A stretch of 64,000 nucleotides of DNA from Lingula anatina (lineage: Eukaryota > Animalia > Brachiopoda): contig CM120641.1 in the NCBI GenBank assembly GCA_051362555.1, positions 6,510,001-6,574,000 on the forward strand, given 5' to 3'. Numbering within the stretch: the first letter of the stretch is position 1; the number at the start of each line of letters is the position of its first letter. Below the pieces are notes generated by a model. That model worked only from the letters and a program-made list of their open reading frames with translations. It had not been told where the DNA came from and searched no databases. Below, one piece after another: positions 1-13,781 of the stretch. Position numbers and translations under genes: made by a program.

Positions 1-375
1 AACCAAACCAAATAACTAAAGCTTTGCAGAAAAGGAATCTTGTTGAATTAATGCCAAGTATTGCATAGGAATGTATCAAGTGCTTTTGTCAATTTTGTAA
101 GTAATTAGATATGTCATGAACCTGCTCCCCAGGGAGGTAAAATCATTTCAGGATTCAGCAAATCCATTTTGAGTATGAAGCCAACTGATCTTGTTTGTAT
201 TGGATAGATTGATAATTTTTTCATTTTATAAAAGCCTAATCGTGAACTGTATATTACTGTATAACATACTTTTCTAAATACAAAAAGAAAACTAATAATA
301 TCATATTTAATTGTTTTTCATAATGCTATATCTAGCTATAAACCCAAGCTTACCATTCATAATTTAATTGATCAG

Positions 376-3300
376 CTGACCGAACATGCCCGCCAGACAC
401 CTTTCACTGTCAATCCAATCGTGATGCTGGTCGTTACTCCTGTATCCCGCTGGCCCTGAGATGTAACAGGCGGAGTGACTGTGTAGGAGGCGAGGATGAA
501 GCTGGTTGTCCGCCTGGGACGTGTCCTAAGAACCAGTTTACTTGTTCTAATGGAGTGTGTATAGATAGAGGGTGGGTGTGTGACCATGACAATGACTGTG
601 GGGATATGTCTGATGAACCCTCTAATTGCAGTAAGTATGTGCTTCATTGTTTATGTGACAGCTTAATTGTACACAGTTTTTTTGAGAAATGCAGAATTTT
701 ACTGAAACTGTATCCAACTGTATGGAAGGTATCCTGGCTGGGATTATGGCACCAAATCTAATTAACTCTTCATAAAAAAGCAATTTTCTCACAAACCATT
801 TCTAAACTCTTCCACGCAATTTGGATTATATTTTTTGTACCATTTCTAATCAGATGAATAAGTTCTTAATAAATCATGATTAGATTAGATTAGATTGGAT
901 TACATATGTCACATACTGCCCTGAATCTGGAATCACCTCATTTTCACTTGAATTTTTAACATTGCAAAAAGAGTAAAATATGCATTAACTTAAGAAAAAG
1001 ACATGAACATTGCTCCCATATTTATTTCAGCCCATGCGACCTGCTCAGCAGAGCAGTTTACTTGTAACAATAAACGGTGTATACCACAGCGCTGGGTCTG
1101 TGATGGGGATAATGACTGTCTGGACAATTCTGATGAACAGGAGTCCATGTGTTGTACGTATGCAGGAGAAATTAAATTATAGGTCATAGATTGCAGAATT
1201 TTGTATCTTAGATAAAATGTTTTCTATGCTCAGGTGAAAATGGTAATGAAGCTATCAGACCCATTTGACAGATGTGAAATGTGAAGAACATGTAGAATAT
1301 AATTTTATCAATTTAATCTGATAAAACACATATTTCACCTCTTTAAGGAAATGTCTCATCATATATGTGAATGATAAACAAAACAGCCCTATGTGAACAT
1401 TACATATTTAATTTTGATGTGGTTCACATATCTTCAACTCAAGTGCTATAGATGAGTTTGTCATAGGTTGTAGTTTAAGAAGGTTAATGCTGTTTTCTCT
1501 TCCAGTGACCCCTGCCCCTACATGTCCAGCTGGCCAGTTCAGATGTAACAATGGGGACTGCATACAGTACCAGTTTGTGTGCAACAAAGTCAATGACTGC
1601 TCTGATATGTCAGATGAACAACATTGTGGCAAGTTATTTCCTATTCCTTTTCAAGATGGTCATTTGTCTGATTTGTGAAGTATTTCCATATTGCTGTCAT
1701 CTAGCTCTACTGCTGTATTATATCCATATGGTTTGGCCTTCAAATTGATAAAACTATTTCTTTATAAAACCTTATGGTAAAAAAGTAAGATGAACATTTA
1801 TTACCACATTATATCCTGTATAAGATAAGAAGGATTGCCCAGCACATAAATTGTCTTAAAAGCCTGAAGAGCTGAGTGATTTTATTAATTTATTTATTTT
1901 CAATTCTGTGTTGCATTTTAGGAGTGGATGAATGTGCTGAGGTAGTGTCGAACCAGTGTGAACACGACTGTGTGAACACGGTGACCAGTTTTCACTGTAC
2001 CTGTCGCACAGGGTACACTCTTAGAACTGACAGAAAGACTTGCAGAGGTAAGAACTACAGTGATGATTTCCATTTGATATAATAATATAAATATAAATTA
2101 TTTGCTTGTGTGCATTTATGGGCATGCATGTGTGTGAGTGAGTTCAGATTATACTATAAGGTAATTATCATCAATATATTTTTATGAACATTTTGAAAAA
2201 TTGACAGTTAAAGAGATACTGTTCAGAAGAAAAAATTTCATCAAATTTTAAGTCATACTTATGTGCAAGAATTCATTGGCCATCACATAAAATCAAGTGC
2301 AAATTACATTATATGCTGTATTCAAAAAGTACTTATTAAGATATTTTATTTCTGTTGCAGATATCAATGAATGTGAAGAGACTCCCTGGGTGTGCAGCCA
2401 GTTGTGTGAGAATACTGTGGGCTCTTACCACTGTAAGTGTGTCGATGGCTACCTAGAGACAGCCGATAGGCGGACCTGCAAAAGAAGAGACAGTAAGTAG
2501 TAGGGTTTGCTCTTGATGGCAGTTTTTGTTATTGTAATTGCACTGTTTGTTTTACCAGTACTGAAGTTTTCAACTCTTTGTCACTCCTTTGAATTAAGGA
2601 GTTAAATTGACTACTAGTTAAGTTTCTATCAGGCAAATCATTTGGTCTTGGTGCATGGTGCAATGAGAAACCTTATAATTTTGAATCAATTTCAAATATC
2701 TATTTTTGTATTAACTCTGCTGTGATAAATTTATTTTGAAATACTCTATTTACTCATCTTTAAGTGAAGATATTCAGTTATTCTGCTTTGCATCTTTTAA
2801 TAAATCTTAAGTCAATTTTTTTTTCTTTTCAGATATTGAGCCTTACATTGTCTTTACCAACCGCTATTACATCAGGAAGCTGTCCCTGGATGGTCAAGAC
2901 TACCAGCTAGTAAAACAAGGCCTGGGCAGTGCAGTAGCCTTGGACTTCGATGTCAAGGAAGATATGGTCTACTTCATTGATGTCACTACCCACAGGATAT
3001 ACCGTATGCACACTAATGGCTCTGATGTGGAAGTGATTATCCGCCATAACGTTCCAAATGGTGAGGGCATGGCAGTTGATTGGATCGGAAGGTACTATTT
3101 TCTCTCAAGAGTTAGACAATGAGATGGTTTTAAAACATAGCTTATTGAGAAGTTTGTCCTTGATTCTTAATGTTTTTGATAGTTATTCTTTTGGTCTAAT
3201 ATACATTCTACATGGAATAGAGTTCATTACTAAAGAATTATTATCATAAAAGATATTATCCTTCTATAAGTTGAGTATCAATTATATTTGAATATTTTTG

Positions 3301-6300
3301 GTCATTGATTTCTTTGAGATTTGTCCAGAAAGGAAAATACAATTTCAATTTTGTAATTTTGCAGAAAGCTGTACTGGGTTGACTACCAGCTGGAGCAGAT
3401 GTTTGTGTCTGAGTTGAACGGCACCAGTCGTAAGACCCTCCTGTCCACTGAGATGTCCAACCCAAGGGCAGTGGCTGCTGACCCCTCCACAGGGTAAGAG
3501 AAACTTGAAAGTTACATATGAAGCAAGTGTGGTTTCCCAGTAATGCATATTACTTCTACTATACTTCTACTAGTTTCTTATACCACTCAAATATATTTGA
3601 CATGCCAAGGGATAACACCCCTCCCCGGTTATATACAGCATAGAAAGTAAACAGAAAAAACCTGTTCAAATACCATCTTTCAGTTAAAACATAAAACTAT
3701 GTCCTTTTGTATTTCTCTAAGTTTTACTATTCCAAACTGTATGGTGGTATTTGGTTGGCTTTTGTGGCCAAAAATTGACTTCAAATGCATTGTAAAAGAA
3801 ATATCACCTTGACATAACATGGAAGAGTGTGTTCTAGTGAGAATTTTATGTATATGATGTTATCCAAATAATTAAAAAAAAGGATAAATTAAAAACCTGT
3901 TAACAGATAATAATAAAAATAATAATGACAAATTTTTAATGGCCCAATAAAAGTCAGTTACTGCATATTTGTGTTTGATATTACTAATTTAAAATATGTA
4001 TGACATGTTAAGGATTTTATTCCAGATATATTTACTGGACAGACTGGGGTCATATCCCTTACATTGCTCGTGTGGGAATGGATGGCACCAATCGGTCATC
4101 TGTGATCACGGAGAAACTGGGCTGGCCTAATTCCTTGACCATCGACTATGTCACCAGGAAGATGTGGTGGGCTGATGCACATCTGGATTACATTGAGTTA
4201 GTCTCAGCTTTTAGTTATTAGTTTTCCAAGAAAATGTGATGGAATATTCTCTTATTTTCACAATTAGAAAAATGTAGCTAAACTGATATTTGTTTATATA
4301 TGCTTATGACATATACATCTCACTGCAGGTTCTGGAGCTTTTTCTTGTTCTAATCATATGAAATGACATGAAATCTTATACACATGCACATTATATTTCA
4401 GGTATGCCAACCTTGATGGCAGCAACAGACAGTTGGTCATATCAGGAGTAAGAATAGCCCACATATTTGCCATTGCTGTGTTTGAAGACTGGATATATTG
4501 GACCGACTGGAACCATTTGAGTATTGAAAAAGCACACAAGTACACAGGCGCTAACCAGACGTCACTGGTCAACACAATTCACAGGCCCATGGACCTCAAG
4601 GTCATGCACCCTCTGCAACAGAAACAAGGTACTGAAAGAAATTAGTTTTCATAAAAATTAAATTTTGCCAATAAATCACTGTTTAGACATATAAAATGGA
4701 AAATATTCACTTTTGCTTAAAATGAATTCATTTTGTAAAATTGGATTTTAACATTAAAAGAAATTTAAGTATTTTGTCCTTACAGAATGTTAGAAATTGA
4801 GTGATTGCAATAGAATATTTCAATGTAGGTATGTGGGGACATCTGTGGATACCAAATTGCATGGAAGTTATGAGAAACGTGCCACTTGATACATGAAATA
4901 TGTTGTTGTCATTGTTTACAGACTTACCTAATGTACATTGTGTTTTAGGTCCAAACCCCTGTGGGGACAACAATGGTGGCTGCTCTCACTTGTGCCTCAT
5001 CACACCAGGGGGCGCTGGATTCAGGTGTGACTGTCCAGACTACTTCCTGCTTGCCACAGACAACAAGACTTGTATTGCTAACTGTACTGACCGCCAGTTC
5101 CGCTGTGGCATCACTGATGACCGCTGCATACCTCTCATATGGAAATGTGATAAGGAAAAGGATTGCAATGATGGATCTGATGAGCCAGCAGATTGTCGTG
5201 AGTATAACATTTATTTCATTACTTTACATATAAGTTTTCTTCTCTGATAAATTATATCTTAAAGAATGTGCATTTAAGGACATTTCACAAAATAAACAGA
5301 TAACAATAAACAAATAAACAAATAATAAGATATGCATTTTATATTTTCTAGCTGACCGTCACTGTCCAGTCGGCAAGTTCCAGTGTGACAACTTGAACTG
5401 TACCTTCCCATTCCAAGTATGCGACCAGAAGGATGACTGTGGAGACGGATCTGACGAGCGTGACTGCGACCAAAAAGAGTGCGACCCGAATGCATTTAGA
5501 TGTTCCAATAATAAATGCATACCACGTAGCTGGGTGTGTGACAATGCTGATGACTGCGGAGACGGCTCAGATGAAACACCAGCTAATCCTGATTGTGGTA
5601 AGCAGCTTAATTATATAAAAACTATTAGCAATGCTAATGATCTTTTAAACTGTCTGTAAGGTAACAAAATGCTTGCATTTCAAAAGTTTCATCTTGGATA
5701 TTTGATTGATAGTTTATATGTTTTGTAATAACTTATCTGTTTGATCAAAAGTCCACAAGCAGCATGTTTTTTTTTCCCTCAGAATTGCGCACCTGTGAAG
5801 CAGATCAGTTTAAGTGTACCAATGGTCGGTGTATTTCTGCCTCTTGGAAATGTGATGTGGACGATGACTGCGGAGATGGCTCAGATGAATTAAACTGTGG
5901 TGAGCATTAATGAACCTTAACAAATGTTTTGCTAATACCAGTATTCTGATTAAGATAACTTTATTGGTATAATTTGTAAGCAAACCTCTTTGGAAACATG
6001 AAATCAATTCACTATTTTAAAAGAGTTGATGATCTCATCACTTTCTGTTTAAACTGTCTTAGCTTATGTATTTATATTCTTTTATTTGTTTCTTCATTTC
6101 TCTCTACAAAAACCTCATTTCCTGTTTATATATGATAAACATAACAGAATTAATATTAAAAAGAAAACAAAAACATTTCAGAGGAGGGACCATGTCTGCA
6201 AGGATGGTTCAACTGCCAGACCAATTATCGTTGCATTCCAATGTGGGCTGTTTGTGATGGTAGTGATGATTGCCATGACAACTCTGATGAGCTGTCCGAG

Positions 6301-9300
6301 AACTGCCCAGCATGTCATCCAACTGGAGACTTTTCATGTAGTAATAACCGCTGTATACCCATCAGGTGGAGATGTGACTTTGACAATGATTGTGGTGATA
6401 ATTCTGATGAAAACCCTGCCTTATGTGGTATGTAGATTTAGAGACGGGTCCAATATTGTGGTGACAAAACCTGAAAAAAGTTTCAATGTTTGAATTTAAG
6501 TTTTGCCTTTTAAAAAAATTGAAATAATGCCCCTTGAGGTTTACATTTGGCAACCTTTTTAAAATAAAGATCTGTTAAAAATATATGTTTGAATTGACCA
6601 GGTGTGCCTCAATTTAAATTATTTATGAGTGAAAATTGTAAGTGCCTATGTAATATGACATTTAGAAAAGTAATTATTGTGGTAATATTATGTTGCGCAT
6701 ATTTCCTTACTTTTTAGCCTCCCTGTATAGAGATTGCTCAGAGTCAGAGTTCCGCTGCAAGAACAACAAATGCATTCCAGGCAGATGGCGCTGTGATCAC
6801 GACAATGACTGTGGAGATAACTCTGATGAGGATGTTGAGATGTGCAAACGTAAGGATTTTATTTTCTGTAAAGCTTAAAATTTCCTACATAATGTGAATT
6901 CAGAATATTTTCCCGACTTTGGGAGAAAAGTCAGGATGTACAAAACCTTAAGATCTGTAGGAATGCTTTCGAAATTACTATTATTAAAATTAAAATTATT
7001 ATCATTATTATTATTAGATGAATATACTTGTATGGAAGACCAGTTCAGTTGTAACAGTGGTCACTGTGTCAGTAAAGCAGCTATATGTGATGGAGTGCGC
7101 GACTGCCTGGACACATCTGACGAAACCAACTGTACAACACGATTCCCAGGACGCTACTGCCCTGTTAATGTGTTTGGATGTGACAATACTGTAAGTAGGA
7201 GGACATTGGGATGCATTATTGCACACATGTCATTGTGAATCACCATTATTGAAAATAATTGCTGTGTACTAGGTGTCTATGACAATTTATCTCTTTGAAC
7301 ATCAGCTTTCAGCTCCATGTCTACCTTCTTTGGGTTATTATAGGTTATTATGTTTTAGTGTGCAGTATTTGTCCTCGGAATGTTTCGTGCTATAACAGAT
7401 AATACATTTACCATATATTTTTTGGCAGTGGGACAATTGTATGTATCTAACAATCCTTTCTGTTGACGAACGCTGAACAAGCTCTATAACATACATGCAG
7501 ACTTTATAGTTAGTGAATCAATTATCATTACTGAATGTTTCATACTTATTGAAATATTTCATGATTAGAAAATATTTATATTTTCAGATCTGTATACCTA
7601 ACGAGTGGAGATGTGATGGGGACGATGACTGTGGAGACAACTCAGATGAGCGTCCTCAGGTGTGCGCCTCCATTCAATGTCCTGAGACAACTCGCTTCAG
7701 GTGTGACAACTTCAAGTGCATTCCAAGATGGCGGTTGTGTGATAAAGTTGACAACTGTGGAGATGGCTCCGATGAAAACAATCATGATCTGTGTGAGTAT
7801 TTTCAGAGATTGTTATTCAATGAGTGGTTCATTCTGGATTGTAACTTTACAGATAAGAACAACTTTTGTATTTATGAGGATATATTTGCTATTTGAAAGT
7901 GTGGTATTCAAAAATCAAATGTGATTACTTAAAAAATGACAAAAATAAATTGAAATAATAATTTGTTCCATATTACAGGCACACCTCCACCAGCACAGTG
8001 TACAGAGCAGCAGTATAAATGTGAAAATAAGAAATGTGTGACAGCAGACAAAATATGTGATAACGTTGATGACTGTGGGGACAGCTCTGATGAAAATGGA
8101 TGTCGTAAGTTTTGATTTCCAGAAATGAAACTTATGTTATATTTTTAAAAAATAAAGAATGAACAATATGTTTAGAATTGAATAAAACTTGAGATCTTTC
8201 TTATACAATTAAAGAAATTTATTAGTATAATTATGAAATAAATGAAATAGCAGTCTTCAAAGTGTAATATTTGTTTGAACAATTTTATCAGATATCATGT
8301 AAAATGTATATTTTGTCATACTACATACATTTTAATTAATGACCTAATGTGAGTTACTCATGTATAAACAGCATTTGTTGATCTACAATCATATTTTTAA
8401 TCAAACACCTTGAATATAGATGAATCATCCAATTTTGTTTTTTATTTTACTCTACCAGTATGGATTCAGTTGTGAATGTCTGTGTATATTTATTTAAAAA
8501 TTAGATAAAGATGGCGCCACATGTGACATTAACAATGGTGGTTGTGAACAGAACTGTACTATGTTAAGCCAAGGAGGCTACCTCTGTTCCTGTTTTGATG
8601 GTTACAAAATATCACTGACGGATAGGAAGTCTTGTGATGGTGGGGTTCAGTTTGTTGACTTTTTTTCTTTTTTTTGTGAAAAATATTTTTGTGATATAAA
8701 ACATAAGTCTCGGAAATATAACAGAAATAATTTGATACTTCCAAGATCAGGGCATTATTTTTGCTTTATCATTCAAATAAAATTTAGTTAAATGTCCTTT
8801 TATGGTGGAACATTAATGAATCAAGTATCTGTCAAATGAAACAAGACAGATTTTTTGCAAGTTTGTGCCTTGGATTATTTTCCTTCATGTTGGTTTTAGA
8901 TGTGGATGAGTGTGCATCTTGGGGAAACAACTGTCCTCAGCAGTGTTCCAATCTTAAAGGAACATACAAGTGCCAGTGTGCTGCAGGGTTCACAGATACA
9001 AGTAGCAGGGGCACAAAATGCAGGGGGACAGGTAAGAAAAGAAGTTTGAGAGTAGAAAATTATGCAAGAAATTTTTTCATTGATAATTACTCTATTCCAA
9101 ATGTTGGGTAAGTTTGAAAATAGAGGAAATAGATTTTAGTCATATGAAATCCCTACTACTTTTGTAATTACTGTTTTAATATTTTAGTAAATGAAAGAAA
9201 ATCCCAGTATTTTTTTTATAGTTTTGCAAGAAGATATTAAGTAATAAACGCATTACTGTTTCTATCTAAAATAAACTTTTTTATCCTTCTTTTCTTTATC

Positions 9301-12300
9301 TCAGGTGCTGCATCAGTATTCCTCTTCTCAGCGGGTCATGAAATCCGTCAGTTCAGACCTAATGTGAAGAACATGGAATACATAGATACCATCATGACGG
9401 AACAGAGGGTACAAGCCATTGATTTTGATCCTGCTGGAAGAACTGTGTACTGGAGTGATAGCTCATTGAAAACTTTAAAGCGTGCCTATATCCCCGATGA
9501 TCCTACCATACAGGGCCATGCTCAAGATCTTCAAATCATAGGGATAGAACAACCTGAGGGCATTGCTTTTGACTGGGTTGCTAAGTAAGGAGATAAATAA
9601 TTATCGGGAGATATTGTTTGCTGAAGGAAATAAGAGTTGAGATTGTGAATGTCATGAGAGAAAAAAAATATGTGAAACGTTCTGGTGCAAATAATTACAA
9701 TTGAACTTTATTGGTATACAGTCTGTTTTGAACATGCCATGTGATCTTGTTTCACCACTGTAGATGGTGCCTCTGATGGAATAAAACGTGGAAACCCCTT
9801 TATTGGGACAGACTGGCTATATAAGACAGGTCCTTGGCCAGTAAGAATGAGTTATTTGAGAAAAAAACTGTACCTTTTACCATGACCCCTGTGTGTAAAA
9901 AGGGGGCTCGATCAAACCCCCAGGACCCCCCCCCCCCTGGCTATGGGCCTGTAAAGCTTTCACATTGTAGATCAGTGGTATTTTTTCCACCAGAATTTAT
10001 CTGACCCTTTTGCTCTCAAATTAAAAGTTATGTTTTTCTTTCACAAGTTGATTTGGCTATTTTGGTAATAGAGGCTTCAAGTGTCCTTTGGGTATAGTGA
10101 ATTTACTGTGCATGGCCTGTATCTGACCTGGAATTAAGTGTGAATTACTTTATTTTGTTATAATAAGTTGCCATACAACATTGACATATACGAGCAGATC
10201 CATTTGACTTTGCTTTTGTTTCAGAGTTAATTTTATTTTTCTTTCAGAAATTTATACTGGACAGATGCCAAAAAAGGAGGGATTTATGTTGTAACATCTG
10301 ATGGCCGTTACAAGAAAACATTAGTCAAAGATCGAATGGTTCATCCAGCATCTATTGCTGTGAACCCTTCTTTAGGGTAGGAATTAGTATCTTTCAGTCA
10401 TTTATTCCTTATAGATAACTTATATGTTCTTTGATCTCATTATCAAAAAATAATATTTAACTTTAGGCCTATATCTGAGTTGTATGTGCAACAGATATTT
10501 GAAAGAAATATCAAACTCAACTACCAAAAGAAATATCAAACTCAACTACCATTCTGTATCTATTTTATAACAGTTGGATGTACTGGACTGATCTTGGTGG
10601 TAGTAGTCCAAGAATCGAAGCTGCGTGGATGAATGGAGGGAATCGTTCCATTTTAATCAACCAGCGTCTTGGCAACCCCACTGGTATTACCATAGACTAT
10701 ACAATGAATAACAGAGTGTACTGGTGCGACTCCAAGGAGAACAAAATAGAATCCATGAATGCTGATGGCACTGGAAGAGTAGTGGTGGTTTCCGTAGGTA
10801 AGTTATGAAAGAAGAATGGAAAAAAAATATTTTATTATGAAATAACATAGCATCATTTATTACTTACAGGCATGTTATAATCCAAAAATATCAAAAGTAT
10901 AGTGCTGCCATTTATTTCTGAGGATTTAAGGTTCAAAGAAAAAATATGATCGAAGTTTTGAAAGTGGCAGATTTTTCCAATGCTTAATGTGAAACTTCTT
11001 TCTCAAGCAAAGCTAAAAATATGATAGCATTTCTTGTAAGTTTCCAGTGTTTCATATTTATTATTTATAACAATTTCTATAGGTATGTTACCTTGAAGCA
11101 GTATCACTGACTGCCTTATACACATACATTGTAGAACAAGAAAAAATATTCTCTTCTTGTATCACAGGCCTGAATCACCCATTTAGCATGGATGTATTTG
11201 AGAGCAGCATCTACTGGGTGTCCCAACAGGAGGGGAAGGTGATGGAGATGGATAAGTTTGGTCGGGGTATCAACCGAACTCTCCAGTCAGGGTTACTCAT
11301 GCCGACAGACATTAAAGTATTCCAACAGAATAGATATGATCTTGCAAGTAAGAAAGTCTGCAATTATTATTATTTTTAATATTTTATTTTTTTTTGCAGC
11401 TTTATGTGACTTTTATATATGTTGGCTATGACCAAAGAGAAAACAGAAATTGTGGAATGTGTCATATATATTTCTTAAATTTGATAGAAAATTTTAAAAT
11501 TGAATAAAAGATGTAGAATATGAAAAAATAGATGGGAATTTTTTGCAGTACATGTTCTCATGTACATATGGTTGCCATGTTAATCAATGGTTTAAAAATA
11601 ATTTCATTGCAGTAAAAAATAGATGCAGCAACAAAGGCTGCTGGCCTCTGTGTCTGCTGACACCAGGTGGTGCCACTTGTGTCTGCCCAGATGGCGCTGA
11701 TTTCAAAGATGCCAACAAGACTATTTGTGATGCAGGTGAGGAAGAATAATGTAAATGACGTGTGTGATTTTCGCTTTTGAGACATGAATGTTATTGCTAC
11801 TTATTCTCTTTATAGAGAAATGCAACACAATTTAATTGTCTATTGTATTTTTTAGCTGAGGAGACAGTAAAACCCACCCCAAGTCAGACGTGTCCTTGCA
11901 AGAATGGTGGCAAATGTAAGCCAGATCCAGAAACTGGTGGGCTGGTGTGTTTGTGCTTAAATAGTAAGTATATTGGCTAGGGGGGAAAATGACAAAAGTT
12001 GAAAATGTTGTTGTAATTGAGGTGAAAATGTAATTTGTATCAACTATCACAAAGCACAGCAAACACATTTATGAAAACCTCAATAGGAAGAGGAAATACA
12101 ATTGTTGCCAAGCTGATGACTTTACAAATCAAAAATGCAATCATGGCAAAATGTGAAGTTTAGAAGAACCAGGGTTTGCTGTGGCATGTTGGCTGTATAT
12201 CTTGTGAAATTTGCCCAAGTTAATGAATTGGTATTCAAGAAAAAATGCAGCCTGGCTTGCCTTCATTTGAAATAGTGGGGTGATATATATGTTTTTATTT

Positions 12301-12790
12301 TATTTAAAGTCAATAATTTTGTCACTGTATTTGAATAAATTTGATCAAATTTCAGACTATTATGGGGAATACTGTGAAAAGGAGCCTTCAGCATTCACTG
12401 GAGCTGATGCAAATTCACGTAAGTTGATAGTAAACCATGCACAGAATCATTTTCAAGATCCTTTTTGAGGTCAAATTTGAAAATCTGTATTTGCTTAAAA
12501 TTTACAATTTGTTGATTGTCATATCTCATAGGAAGTTTCTTCTAACATTTCGCATCTAAGTATATTCATCTTATGTCAGTCTTGGTTGTTTTTGTCAAAT
12601 TGCTGTATGGCATTTTTTGTCATTGTAAATAAGTCCCTGCTACTTCGATGAATTATTTCCCTTTCTGAGTTGAAACATTCCCAGTAAATGTTATTTCAGA
12701 AACAGCTGCCATTGTGGTCCCCATTATACTTGTGGTCATCCTATTAGTGGTCATTATTGTTGTTTTCCTATTTCTGCGAAGAAGAAGGTA

Positions 12791-12885
<95 letters not shown>

Positions 12886-13781
12886 TTTTTAAAAAAATTG
12901 TTAAGCCATCTTGGATGACATCAAATGCATCCTAGGAAAAAAGGTATTCAGTATTAAACTGTTTTTTATCTTAAAGGCACATAAGGTATAATTATTGCAG
13001 CAATTTTTTCAAAAAAAGATGCATTTGATATTTATAATCCAACCTCAGTATTTTAGTAATTACATCAAACGATTCCCCTGCAAATTGAAATAGTTGTTGT
13101 TATGGTTTCAGTATGAACAAGGCCCTGCATTCCACTGGTGGGGGCGAGTTCAGACCCGGGGCACCTGCAGGAACGGTGGCTTTCCATGGAGGCAATGATG
13201 TGGCCATCAGCACGCCAGACTTTGTATATGACAGCTCTGTGGCACAGAATGGGGTAAACATAGTCACATGTTGTATAGAAATGTGATCAGTAAAAGATTT
13301 GAGGGTTTAGTTTTGATACTCAGTAGAGACAAAAGACAGAAGACTGGGAACTTTTAAGTGTTCAGTATTTTTTATTTTTATTTATTTATTTATTTATTTA
13401 TTCTTTTTTTGCATATTGCCTGTGACAACATATTTTATATATATGCTTCATTAACTGGAAATTTTCTTTTTATTAATTGGTCTAAAGTGCTCATCTTTTT
13501 TCTCATAGGATGCAATGGAACCAGAGTATAACAAAACGGAGAATTTTGAAGACTACAACAAACCGACCAATTTCTCTAACCCAATGTATGACAATATAAC
13601 AGGATTAGAACCTGCTAAACCCCCTAAAAAAAAGGACATGACCAGCCCCACTCACTCCAATGGGGTAGCAGACAGCCAGTCATCAGAGATCACAGTCCAT
13701 ATACCACATAAAGAACTCTGTCCTTCAGTAACGGAAAACGATTACGACACGGATGTTTTAGTCGCTAATACAGATTTATGA
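376..13781 (+). CDS. LRP2: Low-density lipoprotein receptor-related protein 2 (megalin), 3' portion; 5' exons lie upstream of the window
   Basis: 29 phase-consistent exons: 376-630, 1031-1153, 1506-1628, 1922-2047, 2361-2492, 2833-3091, 3365-3493, 4026-4196, 4402-4628, 4949-5197, 5352-5597, 5783-5899, 6182-6427, 6718-6849, 7018-7190, 7588-7792, 7979-8104, 8505-8639, 8900-9031, 9305-9584, 10248-10376, 10574-10797, 11168-11347, 11613-11735, 11856-11963, 12356-12418, 12700-12787, 13112-13253, 13509-13781 (TGA). Domain order: 4 LDL-A, 2 EGF, YWTD propeller ([23 protein letters not shown]), EGF, 11 LDL-A, 2 EGF, YWTD propeller, 2 EGF, TM, tail with NFSNPMYD. Only two EGFs before the TM fits LRP2 rather than LRP1. 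Confidence 0.93.
4949..8104 (+). other. Megalin ligand-binding cluster IV (EGF followed by 11 LDL-A repeats)
   Basis: Eleven repeats of C..FxC...CI..W.CD...DC.D.SDE..C type can be counted across exons 4949-8104 (CTDRQFRC through CTEQQYKC). Confidence 0.9.
10502..10551. repeat. Perfect 25-bp tandem duplication (intronic)
   Basis: aaagaaatatcaaactcaactacca occurs twice in tandem. Confidence 0.9.
12700..12787 (+). other. Megalin transmembrane exon
   Basis: Translates as [29 protein letters not shown], with an AG acceptor and a GTAAGA donor. Confidence 0.9.
12794..12882. repeat. Compound (CT)n(CA)n microsatellite just after the megalin TM exon donor
   Basis: Directly visible dinucleotide runs. 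Confidence 0.97.

Noticed and set aside
372-8744. Minus-strand and alternative-frame ORFs overlapping megalin exons (e.g. 372-647, 990-1187, 5274-5495, 7613-7924)
   Set aside because: Shadow frames of GC-richer coding exons, with no domain signature or splice support.
376-13781. Alternative assignment as LRP1/LRP1B or vitellogenin receptor
   Set aside because: Only two EGF repeats lie between the last propeller and the TM (LRP1 has a longer run). There is also an 11-repeat final cluster, a single propeller between the last two clusters, and the megalin-like [15 protein letters not shown].
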